Shown piece by piece: positions 40,397 through 51,081 of a stretch of 64,000 nt of DNA (positions are counted from its first letter, which is position 1; each line of letters begins with the position of its first letter). The notes beneath the pieces were generated by a model. It saw nothing but the letters and a program-made list of their open reading frames with translations. It had not been told where the DNA came from and made no database searches. Where the stretch lies: positions 4,224,001 to 4,288,000 of the forward strand of contig OZ244207.1 in assembly GCA_965216875.1 (NCBI GenBank), in the 5' to 3' direction. Both the position numbers and the translations under genes were made by a program. This stretch comes from Rubripirellula sp. (lineage in GTDB: Bacteria > Planctomycetota > Planctomycetia > Pirellulales > Pirellulaceae).

Positions 40397-40786
40397 ATGC
40401 TACTACACATCTCCTCCGACGGCGTCCCGATCTACCAGCAGATCGTCGAGCAGATTCAGTACCGGATCTTTTCTGGGCAACTGAAGACGGGCGACGAGCT
40501 ACCGACGATCCGCGGGCTCGCCGAATCCCTGCGAGTCAACCCGAACACGGTCGCGCGGGCTTATCGCGAGCTTGAACACGAAGGGCTCGTCGAGAAACGT
40601 CGCACCACAGGCACGTTCGTTGCCGAGTTGCCGCCAAAACAAAGTGCCGCGCATCGGCGGCGCATCATTGGCCCTTTGATCGACAAATTGATCATCCAAT
40701 CGCGACAGCTTGGCATTCCAACGACCGAGCTGATCGAACAGATCGAAAAACGAGACAGTCAACTTCCACGTAACGAGGCTTCGTGA
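40397..40786 (+). CDS. GntR family regulator, YtrA subfamily
   Basis: PIYQQIVEQI, LPTIRGLA, VNPNTVARAYRELE; short C-terminal domain; followed by an ABC ATPase. Confidence 0.94.
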   Translation: MLLHISSDGVPIYQQIVEQIQYRIFSGQLKTGDELPTIRGLAESLRVNPNTVARAYRELEHEGLVEKRRTTGTFVAELPPKQSAAHRRRIIGPLIDKLIIQSRQLGIPTTELIEQIEKRDSQLPRNEAS

Positions 40787-41733
40787 TGAACGTATCACTG
40801 ACAGGTGGGTTTGCCGTTGATGTCCAAGACCTCAGCCGCTCCTTTCGAGGCAAGCGGGCATTGGTCGACGTGAGTCTGCAGATCCCGACGGGCTCAATTT
40901 TTGGCTTGGTGGGGCTTAATGGTGCCGGCAAGACGACGTTGATTCGTCATTTGATCGGATCGCTCAAACCTCAACACGGAAAGGTGACCGTCTTGGGAGG
41001 CGATCCGATCGCCGGCACCGAAACGGTCATGAAAAAGGTCGGCTACCTGACCGAAGAAGACTCGCTACCAAAGTGGATGCGAATCGGAGACCTGATTGAT
41101 TTCACACGTGCGGTCTATCCAACTTGGGACGAGAGCTACGCCGATGAACTTTGCGAACTCTTCGCGCTAACGCGCCGCTCCAAACTAAGTTCTTTGTCGA
41201 AAGGCCAACGAGCGCGTGCCGGTTTGTTGGTTGCCATCGCGCATCGGCCAGAATTGTTGCTTCTTGATGAACCGAGCAGCGGTCTCGATCCGATCGCCCG
41301 CAGTGACATATTAGAAGCGGTGATTCGAACCATCAGCCAAGACGGCCGAACCGTTCTCTTCTCGAGCCATTTGCTTGATGAAGTCGACCGAGTATGCGAC
41401 TCACTTGCGTTGATGAACGAAGGCCGCATCGTCGAGACGCTGACGACGGAACAACTCGAAAACCGGTACAGCGAAATCGTTTGTCGTGGCGAAGCAACTT
41501 GGTCACCGCCCGCCCAAACCGAAGGGGTCTTTGGGTGGCAACGCACGGGAAAGGAATGGTCAGCCGTCGTCGACGAGCGTGCGACCGAATCGGCTCGCGA
41601 ACAACTCGACCGAGAACTGTTGGTTGTCGAACGTCGTCCGATTTCGATCCAGCGGTGGTTCGCCGCGCGTGTCGGTCGAGACGAATCAACCTCGGGGAAC
41701 GATGTGCCAAATGAGGTGACCAGCGATGCGTGA
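40783..41733 (+). CDS. ABC transporter ATP-binding protein (YtrB-like)
   Basis: GLNGAGKT, LSKGQ, LLLDEP, SSH. Confidence 0.94.
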   Translation: MMNVSLTGGFAVDVQDLSRSFRGKRALVDVSLQIPTGSIFGLVGLNGAGKTTLIRHLIGSLKPQHGKVTVLGGDPIAGTETVMKKVGYLTEEDSLPKWMRIGDLIDFTRAVYPTWDESYADELCELFALTRRSKLSSLSKGQRARAGLLVAIAHRPELLLLDEPSSGLDPIARSDILEAVIRTISQDGRTVLFSSHLLDEVDRVCDSLALMNEGRIVETLTTEQLENRYSEIVCRGEATWSPPAQTEGVFGWQRTGKEWSAVVDERATESAREQLDRELLVVERRPISIQRWFAARVGRDESTSGNDVPNEVTSDA

Positions 41734-43402
41734 AATCAAAGCACTCGTTCACTTGGCGCTCGGGCGTCATCCCTGGCTGACACGGATTCTGCTTGGCCTC
41801 GTATTGGTCGGGCACGCTGCTGCCGTCGTGGTCGCACTCTCCTTCCCGAGTTCGGGCGGTGCCGAGATTGGCAAGGTCCTTTCCGCCATCGTGACGCTCC
41901 CGTCAATCCTTTGCGCTGTTGCGATGTTCGACTACGGACACCTCAGCGACTTGAGTGAAAGCGAAAGTGGATGCAGTAGCTGGGTCCTACGGATGCCGAT
42001 TGACGGTTGGAAAATCGGTCTGGTCCCCATCGGCCTCAAGACCACTTGGACCTGCGGGATCTGGTTGTTGTTCATTGCCACCGCTTCGACGCTTGGTTAC
42101 GAGCCCGGAACTGTGCCCATCGTTGGGCCGATGGTCTGCGCGTCGGCAGGATTGCTTTGGGTCCTTTGGATCGCTTGGCAACCGGTGCGAACCGGATGGC
42201 TTCGCATCCTGATGGTCGTCATCGCACTGCCCACCATTTACTTTTTGTTGTTGGTGAGCTTCGGTGTTGTTGAGCCGCGTAACGAGCACTGGCAACCGTG
42301 GTCGACCGCTGCATCGATCGTGGCATATGTGAAAGCTGTCGTTGCAACGCTACGCGCGGCAACGGTTGCCAAGTACACGGTCGGTGGTTCGGTGCCTGAA
42401 AAGGGCCCCAATGCCATCGACGTGGAAGGGGAGACGCGTCGTGATCGCAAGCGGTTCCATACAACCGCAACCAAAGCACTGATTTGGCACGACCTGACCA
42501 AAACGAGTCTCTACTTACGGTACGTTTTCCTGCTCGGAATCGTCCCGACGACCTTACTCGCAACGCTCTTCATCCCGCTGCACCCTGGCAGTTTGATCGT
42601 CCTGGTCTACCTGTTCGCGGTTTGGGGAACCATCGCGACCGCCGGAATCGGCATGCCGTCGCACCACGAGATTCGTCCCACGTTGCCGCCCTATTTGGCC
42701 GCAAGCCCGATCACGTCAGCCAACATTGCCTGGACAAGGTTCTGCACGACCGCCGCGCTGACGTTCGCAATTAGTTGCCTGGTTGTCTTCGTCTTTGCCG
42801 GTTGGGCGATGTGGCCAGCCAATCGTCAAGTTTGGTGGACTTGGGCGACCGAGCAAGCCGTCGCCATCGGCGCCGAACAACAGATCGCGCAGACGGGGCT
42901 GCGGCTCTCGACTGCGATTGTCTTTTCAGGACTGATTGGATTGACGAGCGTGCTTGTTTCGGGCAACTGGATCACCATGATGGGGCGGACCAAAATCAAC
43001 TCACTCGCCGGCAGCATCCTGATCGGATTCCTGGTCGTGATCCTTGGGTTCACGATTCGCTGGTTCCTCAGGCAAACCGATTGGGAATCGACGATGGCAT
43101 CGATCCAGATTGGGCTGACCTATGTCCCTGGGATTGCCGCCACATTACTGACCGCCAAAGTGGTCGCGACCGCTGCCGCCGCCTTCATCGTCCGCCGTAA
43201 GAAGCTGGCGACGACCGGTTCACTGGCCACCGTCTTTGTTGCTTGGGGCTTCTGCGTCTGCGTGATCGCCATTGCACTTTACGCACTGATCCCTGACCCG
43301 CGGTTCACTCTTTGGATCTCACTCGGCGCAACCGCGCTGGTGATGCCACTGGCCGGAGTCACGTTCCTTCCCGCATCGGTCAGTTTCAATCGCCATCGCT
43401 AG
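41726..43402 (+). CDS. polytopic membrane protein, probable ABC permease
   Basis: About 12 hydrophobic segments; overlaps the ATPase stop codon. Confidence 0.75.
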   Translation: MREIKALVHLALGRHPWLTRILLGLVLVGHAAAVVVALSFPSSGGAEIGKVLSAIVTLPSILCAVAMFDYGHLSDLSESESGCSSWVLRMPIDGWKIGLVPIGLKTTWTCGIWLLFIATASTLGYEPGTVPIVGPMVCASAGLLWVLWIAWQPVRTGWLRILMVVIALPTIYFLLLVSFGVVEPRNEHWQPWSTAASIVAYVKAVVATLRAATVAKYTVGGSVPEKGPNAIDVEGETRRDRKRFHTTATKALIWHDLTKTSLYLRYVFLLGIVPTTLLATLFIPLHPGSLIVLVYLFAVWGTIATAGIGMPSHHEIRPTLPPYLAASPITSANIAWTRFCTTAALTFAISCLVVFVFAGWAMWPANRQVWWTWATEQAVAIGAEQQIAQTGLRLSTAIVFSGLIGLTSVLVSGNWITMMGRTKINSLAGSILIGFLVVILGFTIRWFLRQTDWESTMASIQIGLTYVPGIAATLLTAKVVATAAAAFIVRRKKLATTGSLATVFVAWGFCVCVIAIALYALIPDPRFTLWISLGATALVMPLAGVTFLPASVSFNRHR

Positions 43403-43444
43403 TGGTTCAGCTCCGCCCAGGGCTTCGCCAACCCAATTTCCACC

Positions 43445-43572
43445 GGAGCGACGCCCTCCCGTAGCTACCGTCGCCAGACGGTGGTGATCGCGTGCCATGG
43501 CTCCGCAGGAGCGTCGCCCTCCCGATTCCGCCGGAGCGTCGCCCTCCCGATTCCGCCGGGGCTCCGCCTCCC
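43445..43572. repeat. GGAGCG(T/A)CGCCCTCCC repeats plus a family A variant REP
   Basis: Three copies of GGAGCG(T/A)CGCCCTCCC and GTAGCTACCGTCGCCAGACGGTGG (43461) between convergent genes. Confidence 0.78.
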
Positions 43573-43584
43573 AATCGCGCCGGG

Positions 43585-44460
43585 CTACTTCTTCGCTTCC
43601 GCCTCTTGCTGGGCGAGCAGTTTCTTTTGGAAGCGTGCTTGAACCACATCGACGACGATCAAGATCACGAGGACGAAGTAGAAGGTCGACTTCGCCATCG
43701 GCGCAACGTGGTGACCGAACAGCTCAAGTTTTGCCAAGTGTCCACCTTCACTGACCAGCATCACGCCGACGATGAACAGAATGAAAAGTCCGAGCACTTC
43801 GTACATGCGGTTTCGCTTCAAGAACTCGGCAACGCGATCGGCGAGCCAAATCATCAGCAGACCGCTGACAATGATTGCCGTCGCCATGATGTACTCGTTC
43901 TTGGTCAGTGCCATCGCACTCAAGATCGAATCGAATGAGAAAACCAAGTTCATGATCACGATCAAACCGATCGCACGACCGACGCTTCCTTTCTTGCCCT
44001 TGCCCGATTCGTCGATCTCATGAACTGCCAACAGGTGGTAAATCTCTTTGATTGCGGTCCAAAGAATAAAGGCACCGCCACCGAGCACAATCAAACTGTG
44101 CCCATTGATCGCAGCCGAAACGTAGGGATTGTCGAGTGTGATGAAGGCGTTCTGCAGCGCCGCAATCAACCGGATCACGACAAACAATAACGCGATCCGA
44201 AAAAAGATCGCCAACCCGATGCCCGATTTCCGAACCATCGATTGCTTGTCTTCGGGAACGCGTTTGCTTTCGATCGAGATGTAAAGCAGGTTGTCAAAGC
44301 CGAGCACCGCTTGCAGAAGAACGAGCATGCCCAGGGTCATGATCCCTTGAACGGAAAACAGGTGTTCCACCTCGCGGGTCGTCTCGCCGGTGATACTGGT
44401 CGATCCGGCGAGCAACATCGTGTCTTGGATCGAAGCGAGGACGTCAAACATCTCTACCAT
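43585..44460 (-). CDS. TerC family membrane protein
   Basis: LQAVLGFDNLLYI, NLVFSFDSILSA, GVMLVSEG. Confidence 0.9.
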   Translation of the reverse strand: MVEMFDVLASIQDTMLLAGSTSITGETTREVEHLFSVQGIMTLGMLVLLQAVLGFDNLLYISIESKRVPEDKQSMVRKSGIGLAIFFRIALLFVVIRLIAALQNAFITLDNPYVSAAINGHSLIVLGGGAFILWTAIKEIYHLLAVHEIDESGKGKKGSVGRAIGLIVIMNLVFSFDSILSAMALTKNEYIMATAIIVSGLLMIWLADRVAEFLKRNRMYEVLGLFILFIVGVMLVSEGGHLAKLELFGHHVAPMAKSTFYFVLVILIVVDVVQARFQKKLLAQQEAEAKK

Positions 44461-44654
44461 CGTGGTGCCTACGGTTCTCAGGTGAGGAGGATTGCTCCGG
44501 AACGCAAAGTCTTCGCCCTCGTGGTGGCGAGCGCGACTTTTGCGAGATTATGATATCGCGGTGTCGCTTCGACCACCGTGGACGCGGTCGAGTCGATTGC
44601 GGCTGCAGTCCATGCCCCAAACGCCCGCCACCTCAGACCCCCTCAATCAAAGCC

Positions 44655-45434
44655 ATGAAAACCCTTGCCGCTCCGCTTCTCGCCTGCCTGATCGCCGCCG
44701 CAGCGCTGTCGCCATCCGCATTGGGCGAAGGCCCCGAGCTCTACGAAATTCGCAGCTATCTACTTGGCGACAAATCGGATGCCGCGGCCATCGACAAGTA
44801 TCTGGGCGAAGCTTTGATTCCAGCGTTAGAGCGTCAGGGCATCGGCCCGATCGGTGCCTTCACCAACTCACCGGCAGACGAAACGGGCAGCAATCGGATC
44901 GTCGTGGTCATCCCGTACAAGGATGCAGCGCAAATCACCTCGGCCAAAGCGGAACTTGCAGAAGATTCGGCCTACCAGAGCGCGGCGGCCAGCTACTTGA
45001 AACGTGGTCCAAAGAACCCACCGTTCCAGCGCATTCAAAGCGAACTCCTTTCAGCGATGGATTGCTGGAAGAAGATTGGTGCCGCTCCCGGTTCCCTCGA
45101 AAACAACGACCGCGTTTACGAGTTGCGTGTTTACGAGAGCGCCAACGAGCGTCTCGGCGACCTCAAAGTCGACATGTTCAACAACGGCGAAGTCCCCATT
45201 TTCTTGGACTGCAAAATCCAGCCGATCTTCATCGGGCAAGGGGTTGTGGGCCCACAAACGCCAAACCTGACTTACTTGACCGTTTATGAAAACGAAGAAG
45301 CACGCGGCAAAGCATGGCAAGCCTTTCGCAGTCACCCCGATTGGAACGTCTTGAAAAAGGTCGCCAAGTACGCGGGCACGGTCAGCAAGATCGACAAGTT
45401 CGTTCTCGTGCCAAAACCCTACTCGCAACTATGA
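44655..45434 (+). CDS. secreted NIPSNAP family protein
   Basis: Signal peptide; YEIRSY, YELRVYES, AWQAFRSHPDW and PYSQL duplicated NIPSNAP motifs. Confidence 0.87.
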   Translation: MKTLAAPLLACLIAAAALSPSALGEGPELYEIRSYLLGDKSDAAAIDKYLGEALIPALERQGIGPIGAFTNSPADETGSNRIVVVIPYKDAAQITSAKAELAEDSAYQSAAASYLKRGPKNPPFQRIQSELLSAMDCWKKIGAAPGSLENNDRVYELRVYESANERLGDLKVDMFNNGEVPIFLDCKIQPIFIGQGVVGPQTPNLTYLTVYENEEARGKAWQAFRSHPDWNVLKKVAKYAGTVSKIDKFVLVPKPYSQL

Positions 45435-45580
45435 GCCGAACGCGCTAGCGTCGGGCTTTTCGCCGTGAGCCGAACGCGCTAGCGCCGGGCCCTGCCGTCG
45501 ACGTAGCTACGCTCGCCAGAGCGTGGTGATCGTGGAAAGCGGTCAGCCGTTGCAAACCACCTTCTGGCGAAGGTAGCTAC
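45432..45580. repeat. Two family D REPs and a family A doublet
   Basis: TGAGCCGAACGCGCTAGCG at 45432 and 45466; GTAGCTACGCTCGCCAGAGCGTGG..CCACCTTCTGGCGAAGGTAGCTAC at 45503-45580. Confidence 0.88.
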
Positions 45581-45711
45581 GACCTGTCGGATCCTCGGGA
45601 TCTGACGCCGAGCGATCATGGGGAAGCTGCAACAAGAAATAAAGGCCCAGCCGATTACGCGATCGCGGCTCACGGGCAATGGTCGCGGGTTCCATCCACG
45701 CTGCACGCCGC

Positions 45712-46062
45712 CTAGCGTGTGAGGTCGGCGACCGAAACGGTTACGCGGACCTTGCGTGGCCCGGCAACGACCTGGGCTACGGGTGCGACCAAGCAACGGG
45801 TTGCTTCGCTATCGACGCGGCCAGCAACAATGAACTCAAGGCCATCGGGCTGGCAGCTAAGGTGCCCGAGACCGACGCGGGCAAGAGACGATTCGATTCG
45901 TCGACAAATCTCCAGAGACTGTTCGTAGGCAGTTTGGCTCATCATGGCTTTTCCGACCCCATCGGTTTGGTCGGTCTCGATTCCTAAGGAGGGACTCTTG
46001 GTAACGGGCTGGTTGAACGCGGGTTTCTTCAACTCCGGTTTCTTAAAAACGGGCGCATTCAT
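45712..46062 (-). CDS. small BON-domain-like protein
   Basis: IESSLARVG..L..IVAGRVDS..VAGPRKVRVTVSV resembles a BON domain; start uncertain. Confidence 0.5.
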   Translation of the reverse strand: MNAPVFKKPELKKPAFNQPVTKSPSLGIETDQTDGVGKAMMSQTAYEQSLEICRRIESSLARVGLGHLSCQPDGLEFIVAGRVDSEATRCLVAPVAQVVAGPRKVRVTVSVADLTR

Positions 46063-46431
46063 AGCGAGGTCTTTTGGCTTGCGTTTTTGGTGAGCGGATC
46101 GATCCGTCATCGACCGCGGGTCGTGTGATCGCCGCCAAACGGAGGAAAGGGCTGTTTGGCGGGTGCCCCAAAACGACGATTGCCGCCTGCTGGCCGCGTT
46201 GTCCCCCGTTAGAACAGAAAGACCGCGATCGTGTTCCGGCGATTTCCCGCATTCTTTCTGGGAGTTTCTGCAATTTGGCCGGCCCGTTCTCAGCCGCCAG
46301 CGATTGGCTGAGCTGCCCGGCAAGAAGAATTTGCCCAGTCGTTAAAGGTGCCCAGGCGGCCGATCGACCACACCAATTTCTGGCGCAGCGGCGTCTGTGC
46401 GGACGCCTTTCCGAGCGGTACGATTTGCCCC

Positions 46432-49074
46432 ATGACACCAATGATGCGGCAATACCACGAGGCGAAAGCGGCATGCGGCGACGCATTGCTCCTCTTTCGC
46501 ATGGGCGACTTCTACGAACTCTTCTTGGACGACGCAAAAAAGGCGGCCGAGGTCCTCGGCCTGACCCTGACCAGTCGTGACAAGGACAGCGATAACCCGA
46601 CCGCCATGGCTGGGTTCCCGCATCATCAACTGGACCAATACCTGCACAAGCTGATTCGCGCCGGGTTTCGTGCCGCGGTCTGCGAGCAGGTGGAAGACCC
46701 TAAGACGGCAAAGGGACTCGTCAAACGCGAAATCACGCGCGTCGTCAGTGCTGGAACGCTAACCGACGACGGCCTGCTCGATCCGCGCGAGGCGAACTAC
46801 GTCGCTGCGATCTACCTTCGCCACGACAAAAAAGGGAAGTCGACCGATGACCAGGGCGAACAGCTGGTTGGAATCGCCTGGGCCGAACTCTCCAGCGGCC
46901 GCTTCGAAGCGGGCACCTTTCCCAAGTCTCGACTCGACGACGAATTGGCTCGCATCGGACCCGCGGAAGTCATCTATCGCGAAGACGACGCGCGCGTGAA
47001 CGTCGACACCACGGCACCCTGGTCGTGGTCGTCGCGTCCCGCCTGGTCCTTCTCGGAAGATGCCGCGCGTGAAACGCTTTGCAAACAGTTCTCGGTTCAC
47101 AACCTTGACGGTTTTGGCTTTAACGACTCCGACACGCTTGCCATCCAAGCCGCCGGAGCCGTGCTGACGTACCTGCAAGAGACCCAACGTGGCGACCTTG
47201 ATCACTTTCGTTCACTAACCGCCCATCACCAATCCGGTGTCCTGCAGATCGATGCCGCGACCCGCCGCAGTCTCGAAATCACGCGCACGCTGCGCACCGG
47301 TTCGCGCGATGGCTCGCTGCTTGGCGTGATCGACCGCACGTGCACACCGATGGGTTCACGCCTGCTTGCCGATTGGATCGCCGCGCCATTGATCGACGGC
47401 GACGCAATCAACGCGCGTCTGGATGCCGTCGGGACCCTCGCGACCGACCAGAACTTTCGCAGTGACGTCCGCTCCGGCCTCAAGCAAACCTTCGACCTGA
47501 CCCGTTTGCTGGCAAGAATCGCGACGGGCCGAACAGGACCACGTGACCTTGGGCAAGTCGCCGCGACCCTGGCCAAGTTGCCCAAGCTCAAAGAACTCGT
47601 TGCGTCGCGAGAGTCCGAACGCCTCGCCTTTGTCGAGGCTCACTTGCACCTTTGTCCTGAACTGCGCGATCAACTCGAATCGGCGCTCGCCGACGAATGC
47701 CCTCTCTCGGCATCGGACGGGAACTTCATTCGCGAAGGCTTTGACTCGGAACTCGACAAACTTCGTGAACTTGCCCGCGGCGGCAAACAATGGATCGCCG
47801 AATACCAGCAAGGCCAGATGGATGAGACCGGCATTGCCAATCTCAAAGTCGGCTACAACAAAGTCTTCGGCTACTACCTTGAAGTGACCAACGCTCACAA
47901 AGACAAGGTTCCGGAAACATTCATTCGCAAGCAAACGCTCAAAAACTGCGAGCGTTACATCACGCCCGAGCTCAAAGAATACGAAGAGAAGGTGCTTGCC
48001 GCGGACGACAAAGCGTCCGAACGCGAACAAGCGATCTTCCAACAGTTACGTAGCGAAACGCATCGTCATTTGACGACGCTCCAAGAGGTGGGTGCTGCCG
48101 TCGCCGAACTCGACGTGCTTGCATCGCTTGCCGAGATCTCGGCCGTTCGCGGTTGGGTCCGCCCCGTCTTGACCGAGGAATCGGTGCTCAAGATTGAGGC
48201 GGGACGTCATCCGGTTTTGGATGTCACGCTACCTCAAGGCGAATTCGTTCCCAACGACTGCAACCAATCGCCCGAAACGGGGATGATCCTGTTGATCACC
48301 GGCCCCAACATGGCTGGTAAAAGCACGTACATTCGGCAAGTCGCGTTGATCACATTGCTGGCCCAAGCCGGTTCGTTTGTCCCTGCCAAGTCCGCTGAGA
48401 TCGGCATTGCCGACCGCATCTTCGCACGTGTGGGTGCCAGCGACGAACTCAGTCGCGGACAATCGACCTTTATGGTCGAGATGGTCGAAACAGCAAGGAT
48501 TCTCAACACCGCGACTTCACGCAGCTTGGTGATCCTCGACGAGATCGGCCGCGGCACCAGCACCTACGACGGACTGTCGCTTGCCTGGGCCATTACCGAA
48601 CACATTCACGAACAGATTGGCGCCCGCACGCTGTTTGCGACGCACTACCACGAACTGACTCAGCTCGAAGAGTCACTTCCGCGCGTGGCCAACTTGAACG
48701 TCGCCGTCAAAGAGTGGGACGACGAAGTTGTCTTCCTGCATCGCATCGTCAGCGGTGGAGCCGACAAGAGTTACGGGATTCACGTCGCCCGTCTGGCCGG
48801 CATTCCTGCCGAGGTGAACGAACGGGCCAAGGACGTGCTCGCACAATTGGAAGCCGACCACCGAGACGCGCTCGATCGGCCAACGATCCAGACGCCCGGC
48901 GCTAGCACCGACGCAAACGGCAGCTACCAACTCACCCTCTTCGGATTTGCTGACCACCCACTGCTCGACCAAATCCAAGGCCTCGACGTCAACGCCATGA
49001 CGCCCATCGAAGCGATGCAGTTCTTGCAAAACGCCCAGCAAGAACTCAAGTCACCCAAGCCGGCAGCAACGTAG
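46432..49074 (+). CDS. mutS: DNA mismatch repair protein MutS
   Basis: MTPMMRQY, FRMGDFYELF, TGPNMAGKST, STFMVEM, DEIGRGT, FATHYHEL. Confidence 0.98.
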   Translation: MTPMMRQYHEAKAACGDALLLFRMGDFYELFLDDAKKAAEVLGLTLTSRDKDSDNPTAMAGFPHHQLDQYLHKLIRAGFRAAVCEQVEDPKTAKGLVKREITRVVSAGTLTDDGLLDPREANYVAAIYLRHDKKGKSTDDQGEQLVGIAWAELSSGRFEAGTFPKSRLDDELARIGPAEVIYREDDARVNVDTTAPWSWSSRPAWSFSEDAARETLCKQFSVHNLDGFGFNDSDTLAIQAAGAVLTYLQETQRGDLDHFRSLTAHHQSGVLQIDAATRRSLEITRTLRTGSRDGSLLGVIDRTCTPMGSRLLADWIAAPLIDGDAINARLDAVGTLATDQNFRSDVRSGLKQTFDLTRLLARIATGRTGPRDLGQVAATLAKLPKLKELVASRESERLAFVEAHLHLCPELRDQLESALADECPLSASDGNFIREGFDSELDKLRELARGGKQWIAEYQQGQMDETGIANLKVGYNKVFGYYLEVTNAHKDKVPETFIRKQTLKNCERYITPELKEYEEKVLAADDKASEREQAIFQQLRSETHRHLTTLQEVGAAVAELDVLASLAEISAVRGWVRPVLTEESVLKIEAGRHPVLDVTLPQGEFVPNDCNQSPETGMILLITGPNMAGKSTYIRQVALITLLAQAGSFVPAKSAEIGIADRIFARVGASDELSRGQSTFMVEMVETARILNTATSRSLVILDEIGRGTSTYDGLSLAWAITEHIHEQIGARTLFATHYHELTQLEESLPRVANLNVAVKEWDDEVVFLHRIVSGGADKSYGIHVARLAGIPAEVNERAKDVLAQLEADHRDALDRPTIQTPGASTDANGSYQLTLFGFADHPLLDQIQGLDVNAMTPIEAMQFLQNAQQELKSPKPAAT

Positions 49075-49396
49075 GGTGTGTGCTTGCACGCACCATTCTT
49101 TGAAGATGACGTAGGGTATGTGCACACACACAACGAAACTACGAAGCTCGAATGAGTGTTCGATTAGCGAAGACCGAGGAGTTCGAAACGAAGGTGACTG
49201 CCTTTGATCCCAAAGGAGCACCTGAAGAGGAATTCACTCTTTCCCATTACGCGGCTTGCCAGAGATCCTCGGTGATCCCGTGGCAGACGCCGATGCCATT
49301 GAATGAATCGCATCTGCGCGGAAAGAGCTTTGTAGAGTGTGTGCGTGCAGCACTCAACTTTGAAGCAACGCCGGTGCGTGCAAGCACGCACCCTAC
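49071..49396. repeat. Cluster of family C REPs between mutS and csp
   Basis: Copies at 49071, 49111 (decayed), 49332 (decayed) and inverted at 49373-49396. Confidence 0.82.
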
Positions 49397-49420
49397 GTCG
49401 CTTTATGATTGGTCAGATCA

Positions 49421-49624
49421 CTAGTCAGCAAGCTGAACGTTCTCGGCGCGGGGTCCTTTGGGACCTTGGCCAACCGTGAAGGTGACTTCTTGGCCTTCAC
49501 GAAGGTCGTTGAAGTGAACGCCTTCAAGCGACGAACTGTGAAAGAACAAATCGCTGTTGCCAGTCTTGGGTGCAATGAACCCGAAGCCCTTGTCCGTGAT
49601 TCGTTTGATTGTTCCCTGTTCCAT
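49421..49624 (-). CDS. cold-shock domain protein
   Basis: KGFGFI (RNP1), LFFHSS (RNP2), GPKGPRAENV. Confidence 0.95.
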   Translation of the reverse strand: MEQGTIKRITDKGFGFIAPKTGNSDLFFHSSSLEGVHFNDLREGQEVTFTVGQGPKGPRAENVQLAD

Positions 49625-49707
49625 TTTGATGATCCAATTCTCATTAGGATGATTTGCGACACCTGGCTGCTTGAAACGTTCGAGCAGAAGGCATGCGCGT
49701 TGGTTGG

Positions 49708-51081
49708 TTAAACGGCGCTCGATTGCCGACGCCGGTTCCCGTGGCGTGAGCCACCGGTTGGTTTGCGACGCCGGTTTGCACGCCGGCTTCGTGGTTGACT
49801 GCTAGGCGTTTGGCGGCCTTTGCCGCCACCGCGTTTTTGCCCCTCGGGTTTTTGGCCCTCTGTTTTTCGGCCCTCGCGTTTTGGGCGACGAGGCGACTTG
49901 TTGCCTTCGTTGCTTGATTGTTTCAGCTTGTCATTGGTTGTAAATGACGATTCGGGATTTTCAACGAAGAGCTTTTTGCCAAGCAGCTTTTCGATCGCGC
50001 GAAGATGATCGAGCTCATCTGCTGTACAAAAAGAGATCGCAATCCCATCGGCTCCGGCTCGTCCCGTGCGTCCAACCCGGTGCACGTAGCTTTCGGGATC
50101 GACCGGCATATCGTAGTTAATGACGTGCGTCACGCCATCGATGTCGATCCCACGGGCGGCAACATCGGTCGCGACGAGCACGTTGACACGTCCCTGACGA
50201 AATGCCTCGAGTGACCGCTGACGCGCGTTTTGCGTCTTGTTGCCGTGAATCGCCACCGCCTCGACACCCACGCGACTCAGCTTTTTGACAAGCCCGTTGG
50301 CACCATGTTTTGTGCGAGTGAACACGATGGTTTGGTCGGCGGCGTCGCTGCGCAGGACCTTGGTGAGCAACTTGACTTTGTTGTTGCGTTCGACGTATCG
50401 CACCGATTGCTTGATCCGCGCGACACTCGTCGATTTCTTTGGCGTCACATTCACGGTGACGGGATTGAAGAGCAGCTTTTCCGATAGCTTGCGAATGGGC
50501 TTGGGAAGCGTGGCCGAGAAGAAGAGTGACTGCCGCTCCTCGGGTAGCTTTGCCAGAATCCGCTTGAGTGCCGGCAAAAATCCCATATCAAGCATTCGGT
50601 CGGCTTCGTCCAAGACAAAGACCTCAACGCCACTCAAATCGACATGCCCCTGGTCAATCAAGTCGACCAGTCGGCCTGGCGTCGCGACCAACACGTCAAC
50701 ACCCTCACGGAGCGCACGAACCTGCTGGCGTTGACCGACACCGCCATAGACAACGGCTTGCTCAAGTGGAATGTGCTTGGCGTAGGCCCGAAAACTCTCG
50801 TCGATTTGGATCGCGAGTTCGCGAGTCGGAGCCAGGACAAGCGCCAATGGCTGACGCGGAAACAACTCCGGCCGCTCACGACCGAGATAATCAAGAATGG
50901 GCAACGCAAAGGCTGCAGTCTTGCCAGTGCCCGTTTGTGCACATCCTAAAATGTCCGCACCCTCAATCACCAATGGAATCGTCTTCGACTGGATGGGTGT
51001 CGGGTCGGTATAGCCCAGCTCGCCCAAACTGCGTTGCAGCGGCGCGAACAGGTTCATCGCTTCAAAATGATTCAATTTCAA
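49708..51081 (-). CDS. DEAD-box RNA helicase (RhlE-like)
   Basis: AQTGTGKT, PTRELA, TPGRL, DEAD, SAT, HRVGRTGRAG; basic C-terminal tail; TTG start. Confidence 0.95.
   Translation of the reverse strand: MKLNHFEAMNLFAPLQRSLGELGYTDPTPIQSKTIPLVIEGADILGCAQTGTGKTAAFALPILDYLGRERPELFPRQPLALVLAPTRELAIQIDESFRAYAKHIPLEQAVVYGGVGQRQQVRALREGVDVLVATPGRLVDLIDQGHVDLSGVEVFVLDEADRMLDMGFLPALKRILAKLPEERQSLFFSATLPKPIRKLSEKLLFNPVTVNVTPKKSTSVARIKQSVRYVERNNKVKLLTKVLRSDAADQTIVFTRTKHGANGLVKKLSRVGVEAVAIHGNKTQNARQRSLEAFRQGRVNVLVATDVAARGIDIDGVTHVINYDMPVDPESYVHRVGRTGRAGADGIAISFCTADELDHLRAIEKLLGKKLFVENPESSFTTNDKLKQSSNEGNKSPRRPKREGRKTEGQKPEGQKRGGGKGRQTPSSQPRSRRANRRRKPTGGSRHGNRRRQSSAV

Noticed and set aside
37660..43402. Genomic island integrated at tRNA-Cys or tRNA-Ser
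   Set aside because: No integrase and no duplicated tRNA 3' end (att site) seen in the window.
49152..49424. 90-aa ORF between mutS and csp
   Set aside because: Runs through REP copies and has no recognisable motif; could be a gene remnant but is unsupported.
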